Virus record (IMG/VR): IMGVR_UViG_3300029171_000031
Location: 1-32,965 of that record
Length of the DNA: 32,965 nucleotides
From: a virus
Taxonomy: Duplodnaviria > Caudoviricetes
Strand: one strand, 5' to 3'
Of this stretch, positions 1 through 8,715 are shown one piece after another. The notes beneath the pieces were generated by a model. That model was not told where the DNA came from, made no database searches, and saw only the letters and a list, made by a program, of their open reading frames with translations. The stretch's first letter is position 1. Each line of letters begins with the position of its first letter. A program made the position numbers and the translations under genes.

Positions 1-17
1 GTTTCCCAGTCACGATC
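1..17 (+). other. Random-amplification (Round A/B, SISPA-type) primer tag, library artefact
   Basis: GTTTCCCAGTCACGATC matches the fixed part of the widely used Round A primer; its reverse complement is at 32949..32965. Confidence 0.9.
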
Positions 18-250
18 CTAGCGATCGCCTCGAAGCCGGCCGAAGCGCCCCCCATGTCGGGTAGTGGGCTGACCGAGGGCATCTCCAGGCCAGTAGACAA
101 ACTCGGGAGACCCTGCGAAAGAGACTTGGGGACTTCGATAGCCTGTAGGTTCGCGTTCAACGCCGTGAACTGCGCATTCAGTTGCTCCATCGTGGAGCCA
201 AGACCCTTGTCTTCGCCCCCGAAGGAGAAACCCAAACCTAGGAAGTTCAT
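18..250 (-). CDS. Tape measure protein, N-terminal fragment (runs off the window)
   Basis: Not in the ORF track. ATG at 250 reads MNFLGLGFSFGGEDKGLGSTMEQLNAQFTALNANLQAIE... and stays open to the edge. Directly downstream of the frameshifting tail chaperone, the usual tape measure position. Confidence 0.7.
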
Positions 251-310
251 CGAAATGGCTACGGCCCTACTCTCTCGCCTGGGAGGCTAACCTAGCCTAC
301 CAGATCTAGA

Positions 311-514
311 TCACCGACGCGACCGTGCGCGGGACATTGCAGCGTTGTGATCGTTCGTTCGCTTCTTCTCCAGGTTGGTCTTCTCTAGGGCTAGCCGGTG
401 TCGGCGGGTCACCGGGATACTCATGATGCTTTCGTAGGTCTGCCCATTCCAGACCTCCATGAGGTAGAAGATCTCCTTCTCTAGGGAGGCTACTTCGCCG
501 AAGGGAAGAAAAAA
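311..514 (-). CDS. -1 frameshift extension of the tail assembly chaperone (gpGT-like / T4-type gp51-like segment)
   Basis: Frame LPFGEVASLEKEIFYLMEVWNGQTYESIMSIPVTRR... overlaps the end of 490..1269 in the -1 frame at T TTT TTC; predicted fusion about 319 aa. Confidence 0.75.
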   Translation of the reverse strand, partial: FFLPFGEVASLEKEIFYLMEVWNGQTYESIMSIPVTRRHRLALEKTNLEKKRTNDHNAAMSRARSRR

Positions 515-1269
515 CCTTGGGCCCCGATGTTCAGGTCCTTCGACCACTCGTTGCCGCAGCTCGCGCAGGTGAAGTTTACGGATGTCTCCACCCCACCCTC
601 AACTCGGGCGAACTCTGCGCGGAGGAAGTGGCGGTCCTTCATGCCCAGGCGCTTGATTGCCTCAAGCGTAGGGGGCTCGTCCCCGAGCAGCTCGATGCGC
701 ATCAGGAGGGCCTGAGACATAGCGTCTAGCGGGGTGCGCTTGATCTGCTTTCCGATGCGAGCTTCGTCCAAGCCTGTCGAGATCCGGAAGCGAGCCCGAA
801 GCCCTGAGGGCAAGACGGTGTCGTAGACACGCTTCGCAGGCTCGGGCATCTCCTTCACCTCTAGCTCCGTGCCGATGTCCACCATGAAGAGCCCCTTGAC
901 CTTGCACTTCGGGCACTCCTCACGCACGGGCAGCTCATCCCCGAGCGTCACGCGACGGATGGCAAACAGAAGAAACACACGGTCCCCGACCGGCAGGTTC
1001 TTCACGATCTGCGAGATCCTGCCCGGGGTGTCGTACTTCCCGATACGGGTCACGCAAGCCGCCAGCAGGTTGTCCATCTTCTCGTGCCCGGGGACTACCT
1101 GCGAAGCAAGCATGTCCTCCTCGAACCCGGAGATTTCTCGGACGACCACGTCCCGCACAACAACCTGGTCCCCCTCGTCCCAGTGCCCGCAAGGCAGCTC
1201 GAACGTCCCCACAGAGGCGTGAGGTGTCTCCATTTGATTGATTGTGACTGTAGTCTCGATGCCACTCAT
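490..1269 (-). CDS. Tail/baseplate hub assembly chaperone (T4 gp26-like, two CxxC pairs)
   Basis: FELP..., VREISGFEEDML, GDRVFLLFAIRRVTLG, CPKC and CASC, ending GFFFPS; lies between tube genes and tape measure. Confidence 0.75.
   Translation of the reverse strand: MSGIETTVTINQMETPHASVGTFELPCGHWDEGDQVVVRDVVVREISGFEEDMLASQVVPGHEKMDNLLAACVTRIGKYDTPGRISQIVKNLPVGDRVFLLFAIRRVTLGDELPVREECPKCKVKGLFMVDIGTELEVKEMPEPAKRVYDTVLPSGLRARFRISTGLDEARIGKQIKRTPLDAMSQALLMRIELLGDEPPTLEAIKRLGMKDRHFLRAEFARVEGGVETSVNFTCASCGNEWSKDLNIGAQGFFFPSAK
508..514 (-). promoter_or_regulatory. -1 ribosomal slippery heptamer T TTT TTC
   Basis: GGT TTT TTC in the chaperone frame fits X XXY YYZ, and the -1 frame is open for 65 further codons. 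Confidence 0.75.
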
Positions 1270-1844
1270 CCTGCGGACCTTTCTACGACGAACTTCTTGT
1301 GCTCGTTCTCGTACATTTGAATCAGGCTCTTCAGCGCGTCTGTCACCGTGACATTGCGCGCCTGCACCTGCCGCTGGAAGGCCTCATAGACCTCCCGGCT
1401 TACCCACACGTTGATCTTCACGTCAGAACCGCTGTCCTGGTAAAGGACTAGGTCATCCTCGAATCGATTCGGATCCTCGACGTACTTGGTCATCAGGAAT
1501 CGAACCAGAGAGGACACCGACCGGAAGCCATAGGCGGTGTTCAACCTGTCCCGCATCTTCGCATGCAGACCCTGGCTAACCCAGAAGTTGATAGGTCGAG
1601 TAGGCTCTGCGCTGACTCGGGTCTCTCGGTGGTGAATGTCCCTAGCAATCTCGCAAGTGCGACAGAGCAAGACACCGTTCGAAACCAGATCGTCTGAACC
1701 CCCCATAGCCACCGGAACTACCCGATGGACCTTCAGCTGCTGGTCCGAGCCGCAGCTGGAACACTTACCCCCCTGGGCTGCCCACACTCGGGTAGCCCAG
1801 GCCTCAGGGAGATCGCTACCAATAACCTCAACTTCAGCGGTCAT
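1266..1844 (-). CDS. HNH-like Zn domain fused to two ribbon-helix-helix-like repeats (probable DNA-binding regulator)
   Basis: CSSCG..LKVHRVVP..MGG...SNGVLLCRTC, then INFWVSQGLHAKM..SVSSLVRFLMTKYV and INVWVSREVYEAF..TVTDALKSLIQMY. Confidence 0.65.
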   Translation of the reverse strand: MTAEVEVIGSDLPEAWATRVWAAQGGKCSSCGSDQQLKVHRVVPVAMGGSDDLVSNGVLLCRTCEIARDIHHRETRVSAEPTRPINFWVSQGLHAKMRDRLNTAYGFRSVSSLVRFLMTKYVEDPNRFEDDLVLYQDSGSDVKINVWVSREVYEAFQRQVQARNVTVTDALKSLIQMYENEHKKFVVERSAG

Positions 1845-1888
1845 ACCCTCTCTGTTACATCAGAAGGTAGGTAACCGCAAGAGCAAGC

Positions 1889-2053
1889 TCAAGTTTTCTT
1901 GATCTTCAGAGTCTCGTACGGCTTGATCGGGAGTGGTCGCATGGGCTGGCCTACAAGAGGAACTGCGAAGCTACCTACCGAAGCGGAGGTGGTTTCGGTC
2001 TGAGTCAGGCTGCGGCGAACCACACTTTGGGTATCCAGGGTCTTCCAGCTCAT
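1889..2053 (-). CDS. Small hypothetical protein, 54 aa
   Basis: Absent from the ORF track. GGAG 5 nt before ATG; MSWKTLDTQSVVRRSLTQTETTSASVGSFAVPLVGQPMRPLPIKPYETLKIKKT; fills the gap between two genes. Confidence 0.6.
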   Translation of the reverse strand: MSWKTLDTQSVVRRSLTQTETTSASVGSFAVPLVGQPMRPLPIKPYETLKIKKT

Positions 2054-2061
2054 AAGTACTC

Positions 2062-2805
2062 CTATGCAATAGAAAGAGAGATCTCGTCGAAGTAGTCGTA
2101 CGCGATCTCCAGCTCTTGGATAGATACTTCTGCGGACGTTGCGTCGAAATCACTTCCGGTCTTGTACCGAACAGGCATGCACCCGTAGAGCATCCAAGCC
2201 TTGGCAGGGAATCGGGGGGAGAACTCCACCAGACCGAACCCTACGTTGACCGCTGCCACACCCGCAGTCAGGGCCCCCTGAAGCACAGCACCGCCTGCCC
2301 CTGTGTTCACGCCACCACCGGCCCCCGAGATACTCAGCACGGCGGCAGCCTGAGCAGCAGCAGCTAGGGAGGGGCTGGTACCTGTGGGCAGTGGAGAAGA
2401 CGATAGGAACTGGATGAGCAGCAAATCTCGCCGGGGTGTGGGCCCGCCCCGCTGGAACGTGCTGCTCATGGTCGCAGAGGTGGGGGTAGTCCGGGAGGGT
2501 TGCGGGGTTCCCCCGGTGTCACCTGTCAGCGCGGTCATCACCCAGCGGTAGAAGTCAGCATCCCACCAGGAAGCTGCACGCTGAAGAGTGAGGTTGGTCA
2601 CACTAGCCTTCTTCACAACGGACTTCGAGAAGAACCAGTTGGCCTCATTCACGTCGTACATCTCAAGCGTCATCTCCGGAGAGGTGATCGCCGAGAACCC
2701 TGATAGGGGGCTGAAGATCGGAAGGGCCAGCGGCTCAATCGGAGCCACGTCTGTCAGCCAGAAGGGGTAGGCCTGGAGGTGGTCAGCTAAGCTGGTGCGT
2801 GCCAT
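2062..2805 (-). CDS. Tail tube-like protein 2 (T4 gp19 family paralog, possible tube initiator)
   Basis: GFSAITSPEMTLE, TNLTLQR, FYRWV, PVRYKTGSDFDATSAEVSIQELEIAYDYF align with 2865..3416. Confidence 0.8.
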   Translation of the reverse strand: MARTSLADHLQAYPFWLTDVAPIEPLALPIFSPLSGFSAITSPEMTLEMYDVNEANWFFSKSVVKKASVTNLTLQRAASWWDADFYRWVMTALTGDTGGTPQPSRTTPTSATMSSTFQRGGPTPRRDLLLIQFLSSSPLPTGTSPSLAAAAQAAAVLSISGAGGGVNTGAGGAVLQGALTAGVAAVNVGFGLVEFSPRFPAKAWMLYGCMPVRYKTGSDFDATSAEVSIQELEIAYDYFDEISLSIA

Positions 2806-2812
2806 CTATCAG

Positions 2813-2818
2813 ATCTTA
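2813..2818 (-). promoter_or_regulatory. Candidate -10 element (TAAGAT) for a leaderless transcript
   Basis: 7 nt before the ATG of 2062..2805, no Shine-Dalgarno, directly after a terminator. Confidence 0.4.
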
Positions 2819-2835
2819 GGTATCAGGGGATCGAG

Positions 2836-2859
2836 AAAAGGCCGAACCGTAGTTCGGCC
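2836..2859 (-). terminator. Rho-independent terminator after the tail tube gene
   Basis: GGCCGAAC-TACG-GTTCGGCC followed by TTTT on the minus strand. Confidence 0.8.
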
Positions 2860-2864
2860 CCTGC

Positions 2865-3416
2865 TCAGGGCGTGGTGACTTCCTCAACTTCGAAGTACTC
2901 GAAGGCGATGTCCATCTCCATGATGGAGATTTCCGCAGCGGTCGCATCGAGGTCTCCGGCCACCTTGTGACGGATGGGGAATCCCTGGTTGATGTAGTAC
3001 CGGCGTGCGGGAACGCTGTCGGTCGCGATCTCCGTAAGGTTCGCCTGCGAGCCGTTGGCAGGCGTCGCGCGACGAAGCGCGGTGTCACGGTGATGGTGCT
3101 CAATGATGAGATCCTGGCGGTATTCGCCGTCGCCCTCGATCACGATTCGCATCCAGTCCCAGAAGGAGGAGTCACGACGGGCCACGCCTCGGCTGAGGGT
3201 GATGTCGGTGACCGTGGCCAGACCCGGGTACTTGCGAGTGTAGACGTAGTTACCCTCTCGGTACTCTACGGCTTCTACCGAAGCTTCCGGAGTCGTGACC
3301 ATGCTGAAACCAGCACCGACTCGACCGGGAGGATCGAGGCTCGGACGGTTTCCCTGGGTAGTGCGAACCAGGAATCGCATCGAATGTAGAAAGTCACTTG
3401 CTAGTTCGCGAGCCAT
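2865..3416 (-). CDS. Tail tube protein (T4 gp19-like)
   Basis: AGFSMVTTPE..VEYREG..RKYPGL...DITLSRG...FWDW...GDLDATAAEISIMEMDIAFEYFE; AGGAGG RBS; downstream of sheath. Confidence 0.9.
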   Translation of the reverse strand: MARELASDFLHSMRFLVRTTQGNRPSLDPPGRVGAGFSMVTTPEASVEAVEYREGNYVYTRKYPGLATVTDITLSRGVARRDSSFWDWMRIVIEGDGEYRQDLIIEHHHRDTALRRATPANGSQANLTEIATDSVPARRYYINQGFPIRHKVAGDLDATAAEISIMEMDIAFEYFEVEEVTTP

Positions 3417-3462
3417 ACATACCTCCTATCTGAAAACTGAACTGAAAGCCAATAGATCAGCT

Positions 3463-3816
3463 TCAGGTAGTGATGACACCCGCAGCATCGCGCCAGTTCT
3501 TACCGTCAGTCCACACAGCGTAGGCCGCATCCACCTGCCACACGGTAGTGAACAGGGGACGAGCAGACGCCGCAGGAAGAGCTGCCGCATCCGCAAAGGA
3601 CTCCAGCGTAGCCGGGTGTCCGATGGCGGCGCTGTCCCCGTCCTCTACGGCGAATGAGAGGCCCAGAGTACCGTCTTCAACGGACTTCATGAATCCCTGG
3701 TCATTCAGGTCCGTGAAGGTACGAGAGACCGTCACAGACTCACTGGGGGTCAGCTGCTTGTAAAGCATCGACACGAAGAAATCGCTCGATGATAGGTTCG
3801 TGATCGTTACCAACAT
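3463..3816 (-). CDS. Hypothetical virion-associated protein, 117 aa
   Basis: GAGGT RBS; lies between sheath and tube genes. Confidence 0.7.
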   Translation of the reverse strand: MLVTITNLSSSDFFVSMLYKQLTPSESVTVSRTFTDLNDQGFMKSVEDGTLGLSFAVEDGDSAAIGHPATLESFADAAALPAASARPLFTTVWQVDAAYAVWTDGKNWRDAAGVITT

Positions 3817-3829
3817 GTGCTTACCTCAC

Positions 3830-6346
3830 TTAGCTCTGAAGGGTCTTCTGCTGGAACCGGAACCGGACAAACTCAGCCGGACGATTCGGAGCAATACCGA
3901 CGTCGATGATGACCTGACCCTGATTGATCGAGTCCTCATCATTGTTGCTGCCGTCCACGATGACGAAGAAAGCTTCGCTCGGGGTGGAGCCTGCGAACAG
4001 ACCGTCATTGAACAGGCCGTTCAGGAACGACTGGATCTGCGACTTGATCTTGCTCCACAGTGCGGGGCCGTTGTTCTCGAACACGATCCAGGACGTGCTG
4101 TTGAACACCGACTTCTCCACGAACATGAAGAGACGGCGTGCGTTGATGTAGCGCCAGTCGCTCTGGAGGGAGGTAGTCCGTACACCCCACACAGCTAGGC
4201 CGGTGCTCACGCTGGAGATCAGAGGGTTGATGCGTGCTGGGTACACGAAGTCCCGCTCGCCCTGGGTCGGATTCATCTCCAGGCCTGCCAGGAAACGAAG
4301 TGCGCCGTCCACACTACCACCCGGGGACTTACCAACATTCCGCTGGGAGTCCGTGCGTGCGTAGATGCCTGCCACGTGCGCAAGCGGGGGGAAGGTGATC
4401 AGCCGGTTGTCCGCCAGAGGATCTGCCACCCGGACCCACGGCCAGTACATCGCCACCCACTTGGAGTTGCGCTGTAGGTCGAAGCGGAGGAAGTCCACCG
4501 CCTCCTGAGCTGTAGAGCCTACGGGAGTCGTGATGATGGCGAAACGGTCGCCACCCGAGGGCTGAGATTCCCGGGCATCCACGTAGTCCACGATGTCCTG
4601 CGTGATGGTGATGTCGCCGGCAAAATCAGGGATGATCACCTGCATCAGCTCTTCGACGCGGTCCAGGGCGTAGATACCCTGGTAGGCCGAAGCCAACGCA
4701 ACCGAGGTGAACTGGTTTCGACCGTAGTTGGCCGAGTTGGTGAAGGTACCATCGGAACCGGTGGAGAAGGTGTCCGTGTGCGTGGACTCTACGACCGGGG
4801 CCCGCCAAGTCACACGAACCAGAGACTCGTCACTCGCAGCCGATGCAATCGTGACGTCTACCGCTCCTGTGGCGTAGTTGATGGTGTTGACACCAGCACC
4901 ATCTACGTCCCCGATGAGATTTCCGGCACCGTCGTCGGTCACCGTCTGCGCGGCTCCCAGAGTGTCTGTGTAGGTGAGCAGGAACGACCGGCGAGCTACA
5001 GCGTCTGCCAGTGTGACTTCGATCTGCCGCGTACCTGCGTCCGCGCTCCCGCCCGCAACCACCTGGGTCCGTTCGTAGCCCGAAAGAGCCGCAGGGGCCT
5101 CGGCGGACAGTGCTGGATCTGTGACCGCAATGAGGTCAGAGAGGTCATTCACCACCGCAGGGAAGTACTGTGTGCTGGTAGTTGTGACGAAGTCCAGCTC
5201 GTCAAACGTCTCCAGAACATCGAAGCCGCCCGTAGAGGTATTCAACAGCAGTACAGACAGGTTGAACCGGCTGTAGGTGTTGGTCGAGGCGTCGAAGTAG
5301 TCGGGGTTTCCAACCAGCCGAACCCGCATGTCGTTCGCCCACGTACCTACCGAGGTAGGTGCAAGCTCCCAAGCGTTTACGGTGTAGGACACCCGCACAG
5401 GGCACTCGTCACCTACCAGCTGACCTGCGTCCGCCGTGAAGGTGTACGCGCCAGTAGCGTAGGTCACAGTGCCGGGAGCGGTCAGAGTGCCTGCGGTGAC
5501 TTCAGAGATCGCCCCTGAACCATTGTCCTGGATGACGCGCAGTGCGGTACCAGGAGTAAAGCTGAGGGTGATCGGGTCGCCGTTACCAGCGAGCACAGGG
5601 ATCTCAACGCCTGCGAACACGATACTGATGATGCCGGTGACGCAATCCAACACTGCGCTCGAACCTGCGCCCGTGGTGCCGGTAGCTACGAAGTCCGCAT
5701 CCAGCGTCAGCGACATGGTCGTCGGAGTCGCCCCATCCGGGTCCCATCCCAAGGTGATCGTCGCACCGGGGATGATCGAAGGATGAGCAAGATCGAGAGT
5801 TGGCAAACTCGTAGGATCGATTCGACCCTCGTAAGCCGCGACCGCTGTAGCCTGCACCAATGCAGTGGTACCATCACGCTCTACCAGCGGGTCAGCCACC
5901 AAGGGAGTACCGGCAGAACGCCAGCTCCAAGTGATGCCTGCGGTCCCGGGGGTAGCTGCGGGCGACACCAAGGGGCTTCCGCCCAACACCAGGTGAGTCA
6001 CTGTCGCAATGACGCCGTTTCCGACGTTGGTCTGAGCATCCTCACGGGTGCTCGTCACATACCCAACAGCCTCAGTAGCATCCGAGGGCATGACACGCGT
6101 GACGAAGGCTCGACGCCCGCCGTTCGCGAAGTAGGCCGCCATCGAGAGCGGCAGACGTGAGTCGGAGATCAACGGACCGAAGATCCGGTTGAACTGCGGG
6201 AAAGAGGTTACGAGTGTGGCTTCATTCGTAGGACCACGCTGGGTGGCGCCTACGATTCCGAGGTTGGATGTAGACACAGGCTGAACAACCTGGATCTGCG
6301 ATGGAACCTCTTCAATGAAGACTCCGGCTGACAGAAGCTCCGCCAT
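3830..6346 (-). CDS. Contractile tail sheath protein (T4 gp18-like) with inserted beta-rich domains
   Basis: GVFIEE, GATQRGP, YFANGG, AMYWPW, AGIYARTD, INPL, WGVRT, WRYINARRLF, FENN, APNRPAEFVRFRFQQ. Confidence 0.95.
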   Translation of the reverse strand: MAELLSAGVFIEEVPSQIQVVQPVSTSNLGIVGATQRGPTNEATLVTSFPQFNRIFGPLISDSRLPLSMAAYFANGGRRAFVTRVMPSDATEAVGYVTSTREDAQTNVGNGVIATVTHLVLGGSPLVSPAATPGTAGITWSWRSAGTPLVADPLVERDGTTALVQATAVAAYEGRIDPTSLPTLDLAHPSIIPGATITLGWDPDGATPTTMSLTLDADFVATGTTGAGSSAVLDCVTGIISIVFAGVEIPVLAGNGDPITLSFTPGTALRVIQDNGSGAISEVTAGTLTAPGTVTYATGAYTFTADAGQLVGDECPVRVSYTVNAWELAPTSVGTWANDMRVRLVGNPDYFDASTNTYSRFNLSVLLLNTSTGGFDVLETFDELDFVTTTSTQYFPAVVNDLSDLIAVTDPALSAEAPAALSGYERTQVVAGGSADAGTRQIEVTLADAVARRSFLLTYTDTLGAAQTVTDDGAGNLIGDVDGAGVNTINYATGAVDVTIASAASDESLVRVTWRAPVVESTHTDTFSTGSDGTFTNSANYGRNQFTSVALASAYQGIYALDRVEELMQVIIPDFAGDITITQDIVDYVDARESQPSGGDRFAIITTPVGSTAQEAVDFLRFDLQRNSKWVAMYWPWVRVADPLADNRLITFPPLAHVAGIYARTDSQRNVGKSPGGSVDGALRFLAGLEMNPTQGERDFVYPARINPLISSVSTGLAVWGVRTTSLQSDWRYINARRLFMFVEKSVFNSTSWIVFENNGPALWSKIKSQIQSFLNGLFNDGLFAGSTPSEAFFVIVDGSNNDEDSINQGQVIIDVGIAPNRPAEFVRFRFQQKTLQS

Positions 6347-6393
6347 TGTCTAGTACCTCCTCTGTCGGCAGTTCTGCCGCAAGTTTTCGTAAG

Positions 6394-6753
6394 TCACGTG
6401 TCAGACCCTGTAAGAAGGGTGAGGATCTCTCGCTTCGTGAGCCCTTCCACTGCGAACCCTCGTGTCTCCGCGAGGGTTACCAGATCGGCCTTGCGCCAGC
6501 TCGAATCGGGGGCTGGGTTGGCACTCACGACTTCAACCGGAGTAGGCTCCACCACGGGTACTACTTCGGGTACCAACTCTTGTGGGGTTGGGACCTCCAC
6601 TAGATACCCTTTAGAGACCTTCCTAGCAAGGTCTGAAGATCGTATTTGACCTACCTCAGGAGTGAAGTACGTGCGGGGAGGAAGAGCGACTGAGGAACCG
6701 TCCCGTAGGCTGAGGGTCAGAACGCTGCGAGTTTTGTTGTAGTAGCGAGGCAT
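6394..6753 (-). CDS. Hypothetical protein with C-terminal HeH/Rho-N-like helical domain
   Basis: Pro/Val/Glu linker, then WRKADLVTLAETRG...TKREILTLL. Confidence 0.65.
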   Translation of the reverse strand: MPRYYNKTRSVLTLSLRDGSSVALPPRTYFTPEVGQIRSSDLARKVSKGYLVEVPTPQELVPEVVPVVEPTPVEVVSANPAPDSSWRKADLVTLAETRGFAVEGLTKREILTLLTGSDT

Positions 6754-6762
6754 TCGGCAACC

Positions 6763-7569
6763 TTACCGTATTTGGGACCGGATAGTAGCGAGGGAACCAA
6801 CCGCCTTACGGGTCTCGGGATCGTGAAGATCTAGTTCCGCTTCTACTCTAACAGTCACTGCGAATCCGAGCACGCGCTCTGTGACTTCAGGTACTTCGTC
6901 TAGGTGTGACAGCGCCTCCATGAAGGCTTCATACGTTCGTTCATCGCCTAGGCTATCCAACACAGTCACGCTACTAAACGGATTGTAGACCCTTAGGATG
7001 TGGTCTAGAATCTGATTGACTTGGTTGCGAGGGGACCCAAGCGCAGCATCGAATCCCTGAGGGGTATCTCTACGCATCTCCCCACCTTTTCCACGATATC
7101 GTGCGAGGATCGACAGAGTGTAGGTGATGTCGAAGGGTACCGCTTGCTGCTTCTCTGTGTAGGTGTCAAACCCGGTTCGAGTTTGCCCAAGAACAGTCAC
7201 ACTCAGGGGATTGGCTCCGAGAGCAGGGTACCTACCTACGCGCATTCCAGGGTGCCATCTACCCATGGCAGGAGAAATATCGTCTCGTCGAACGACAATC
7301 ACGGGCTGCTTGTAGCGTTCCCATATGTCCTCAGGGTGGGAGAACGTGATGGGGATACCGGGCAACCCGGGAGCAGGAACAACGTCTGGGATGACCCCCG
7401 TGCGAATGAAGTAGTTCCGATGCCCGGACTCATCGGCTCGAAGGATCTCGGCACCCATGGTGGTGACGATGCCCTCATCGAAGTTGCGCAGACCTACAAA
7501 GCCACCCGGGGCGGTGCCATCCTGACGCGCTGCGGTGTCTACTAGAGGGGTCTGCTTATCCGATGCCAC
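6763..7569 (-). CDS. Tail completion / sheath stabiliser (T4 gp15-like)
   Basis: QAVPFDITYTLSILARY...NQILDHIL motif; position just upstream of sheath. Confidence 0.6.
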   Translation of the reverse strand: MASDKQTPLVDTAARQDGTAPGGFVGLRNFDEGIVTTMGAEILRADESGHRNYFIRTGVIPDVVPAPGLPGIPITFSHPEDIWERYKQPVIVVRRDDISPAMGRWHPGMRVGRYPALGANPLSVTVLGQTRTGFDTYTEKQQAVPFDITYTLSILARYRGKGGEMRRDTPQGFDAALGSPRNQVNQILDHILRVYNPFSSVTVLDSLGDERTYEAFMEALSHLDEVPEVTERVLGFAVTVRVEAELDLHDPETRKAVGSLATIRSQIR

Positions 7570-7888
7570 TGCCTACCTCATCTCTGACGACATCATCCGA
7601 CGCATGAGTGACGACACCCATGACAAACTCCGGTAGGTTCATGTCGATGGCCATACGAAGCCACGTGCGTGTCTGCTCCGAGGGGTCTCCAGGCTCTGGA
7701 AAGGCGGGGAGATCTCCCTCTTCTGCTAGGTGCTCGGAGATCCCGAAGATGGCCTCTAGGGCATCCTCGCTCGTCATCCCGGAACCTACCAGCATAGACA
7801 CCAGGCCATCGATCATTCGATCGAAGGCCTCTTGGATACGGTCCCTGTTCCTCAGCTCTTGAAGTGCTTCTGTACGGTCCATCGTCAA
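7556..7888 (-). CDS. Hypothetical acidic helical protein
   Basis: ORF overlapping both neighbours in the operon; start may be the ATG at 7882. Confidence 0.6.
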   Translation of the reverse strand: MTMDRTEALQELRNRDRIQEAFDRMIDGLVSMLVGSGMTSEDALEAIFGISEHLAEEGDLPAFPEPGDPSEQTRTWLRMAIDMNLPEFVMGVVTHASDDVVRDEVGSGIG

Positions 7889-8715
7889 CCTCTCACCTTG
7901 ATTCCGAGTTTTTGTTGGAAGGGCACATAGGTCTGTACATCCTTCTGAGACACATTGGCTTTCGCTTGGTTCTTAGGCCAGCGTACCCACCCCCGATACT
8001 CGGGGTCTGTCAGGGCCCGAACGAATCTAGGGGCGGAGCGGAGCCTTCGAACCAGTTCGCCGTTCGCTAGGGCTAGAACCGCAGGGCGCCAGTGCGGACT
8101 AGACCCTAGGCCACCCAACCCGAACTCCAACCGAATCGAATCGAAGGCGACGTCTGGGATGGCCTTGGCCTGCACCACGGGGTTGATTCGCAGGTCCTTA
8201 CGGACTTCCCGGATGCCAGCGTTCTGCATCTTCTTCAACCAGACCCTGCGGTCTTTCTTCCGGAGCTTTCGTACCTGAGCCACGGCCTTCGGGTTCACCT
8301 TCCTCGATACCACAATCGCCTGCTTCTCATCCGGCTGGTAGGGGAGGGTGTCCAAGGTCCAGGGGCTGTGCTCTACCAGGATCTTCGTGGCAGGGAGTAC
8401 CCGAGTGAGCATCTTCTTCTTCACCGTCACGTAGATGACCGTGGATGGTAGGTCTGAGGCGGGGACCGACCGGCCGCGACTGGCAGCTCGTACAGAGTAC
8501 GCGAAGCGCTTGCGACCCAGCCCACTTACGCCTCCCACTTCTAGGGCCTTGCGCAGCTCGACATAGGGCTTCGGGATACGCTTCAGGAGGATGTCCCGAG
8601 TCTCGACCGAGGCCTCGTACGGCACCTGGTCAATCACAGCCCTAACGCGCTTAGACCCCTCTCGAAGAAGAGCGGCTGCAAGGGCGTTCTGGGGGTGGGG
8701 TGTGACAAACTTCAC
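7885..8715 (-). CDS. Hypothetical basic protein in the neck module
   Basis: 276-aa K/R-rich ORF, ATGA-coupled to the upstream gene. Confidence 0.7.
   Translation of the reverse strand: MKFVTPHPQNALAAALLREGSKRVRAVIDQVPYEASVETRDILLKRIPKPYVELRKALEVGGVSGLGRKRFAYSVRAASRGRSVPASDLPSTVIYVTVKKKMLTRVLPATKILVEHSPWTLDTLPYQPDEKQAIVVSRKVNPKAVAQVRKLRKKDRRVWLKKMQNAGIREVRKDLRINPVVQAKAIPDVAFDSIRLEFGLGGLGSSPHWRPAVLALANGELVRRLRSAPRFVRALTDPEYRGWVRWPKNQAKANVSQKDVQTYVPFQQKLGIKVRG

Noticed and set aside
1-18. Terminal inverted repeat suggesting a linear genome end or transposon
   Set aside because: Matches a standard random-amplification primer and cuts through coding sequences at both ends
2062-6346. Bacterial extracellular contractile injection system (sheath plus two tubes)
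   Set aside because: Linked terminase, portal, protease and capsid genes show this is a phage tail
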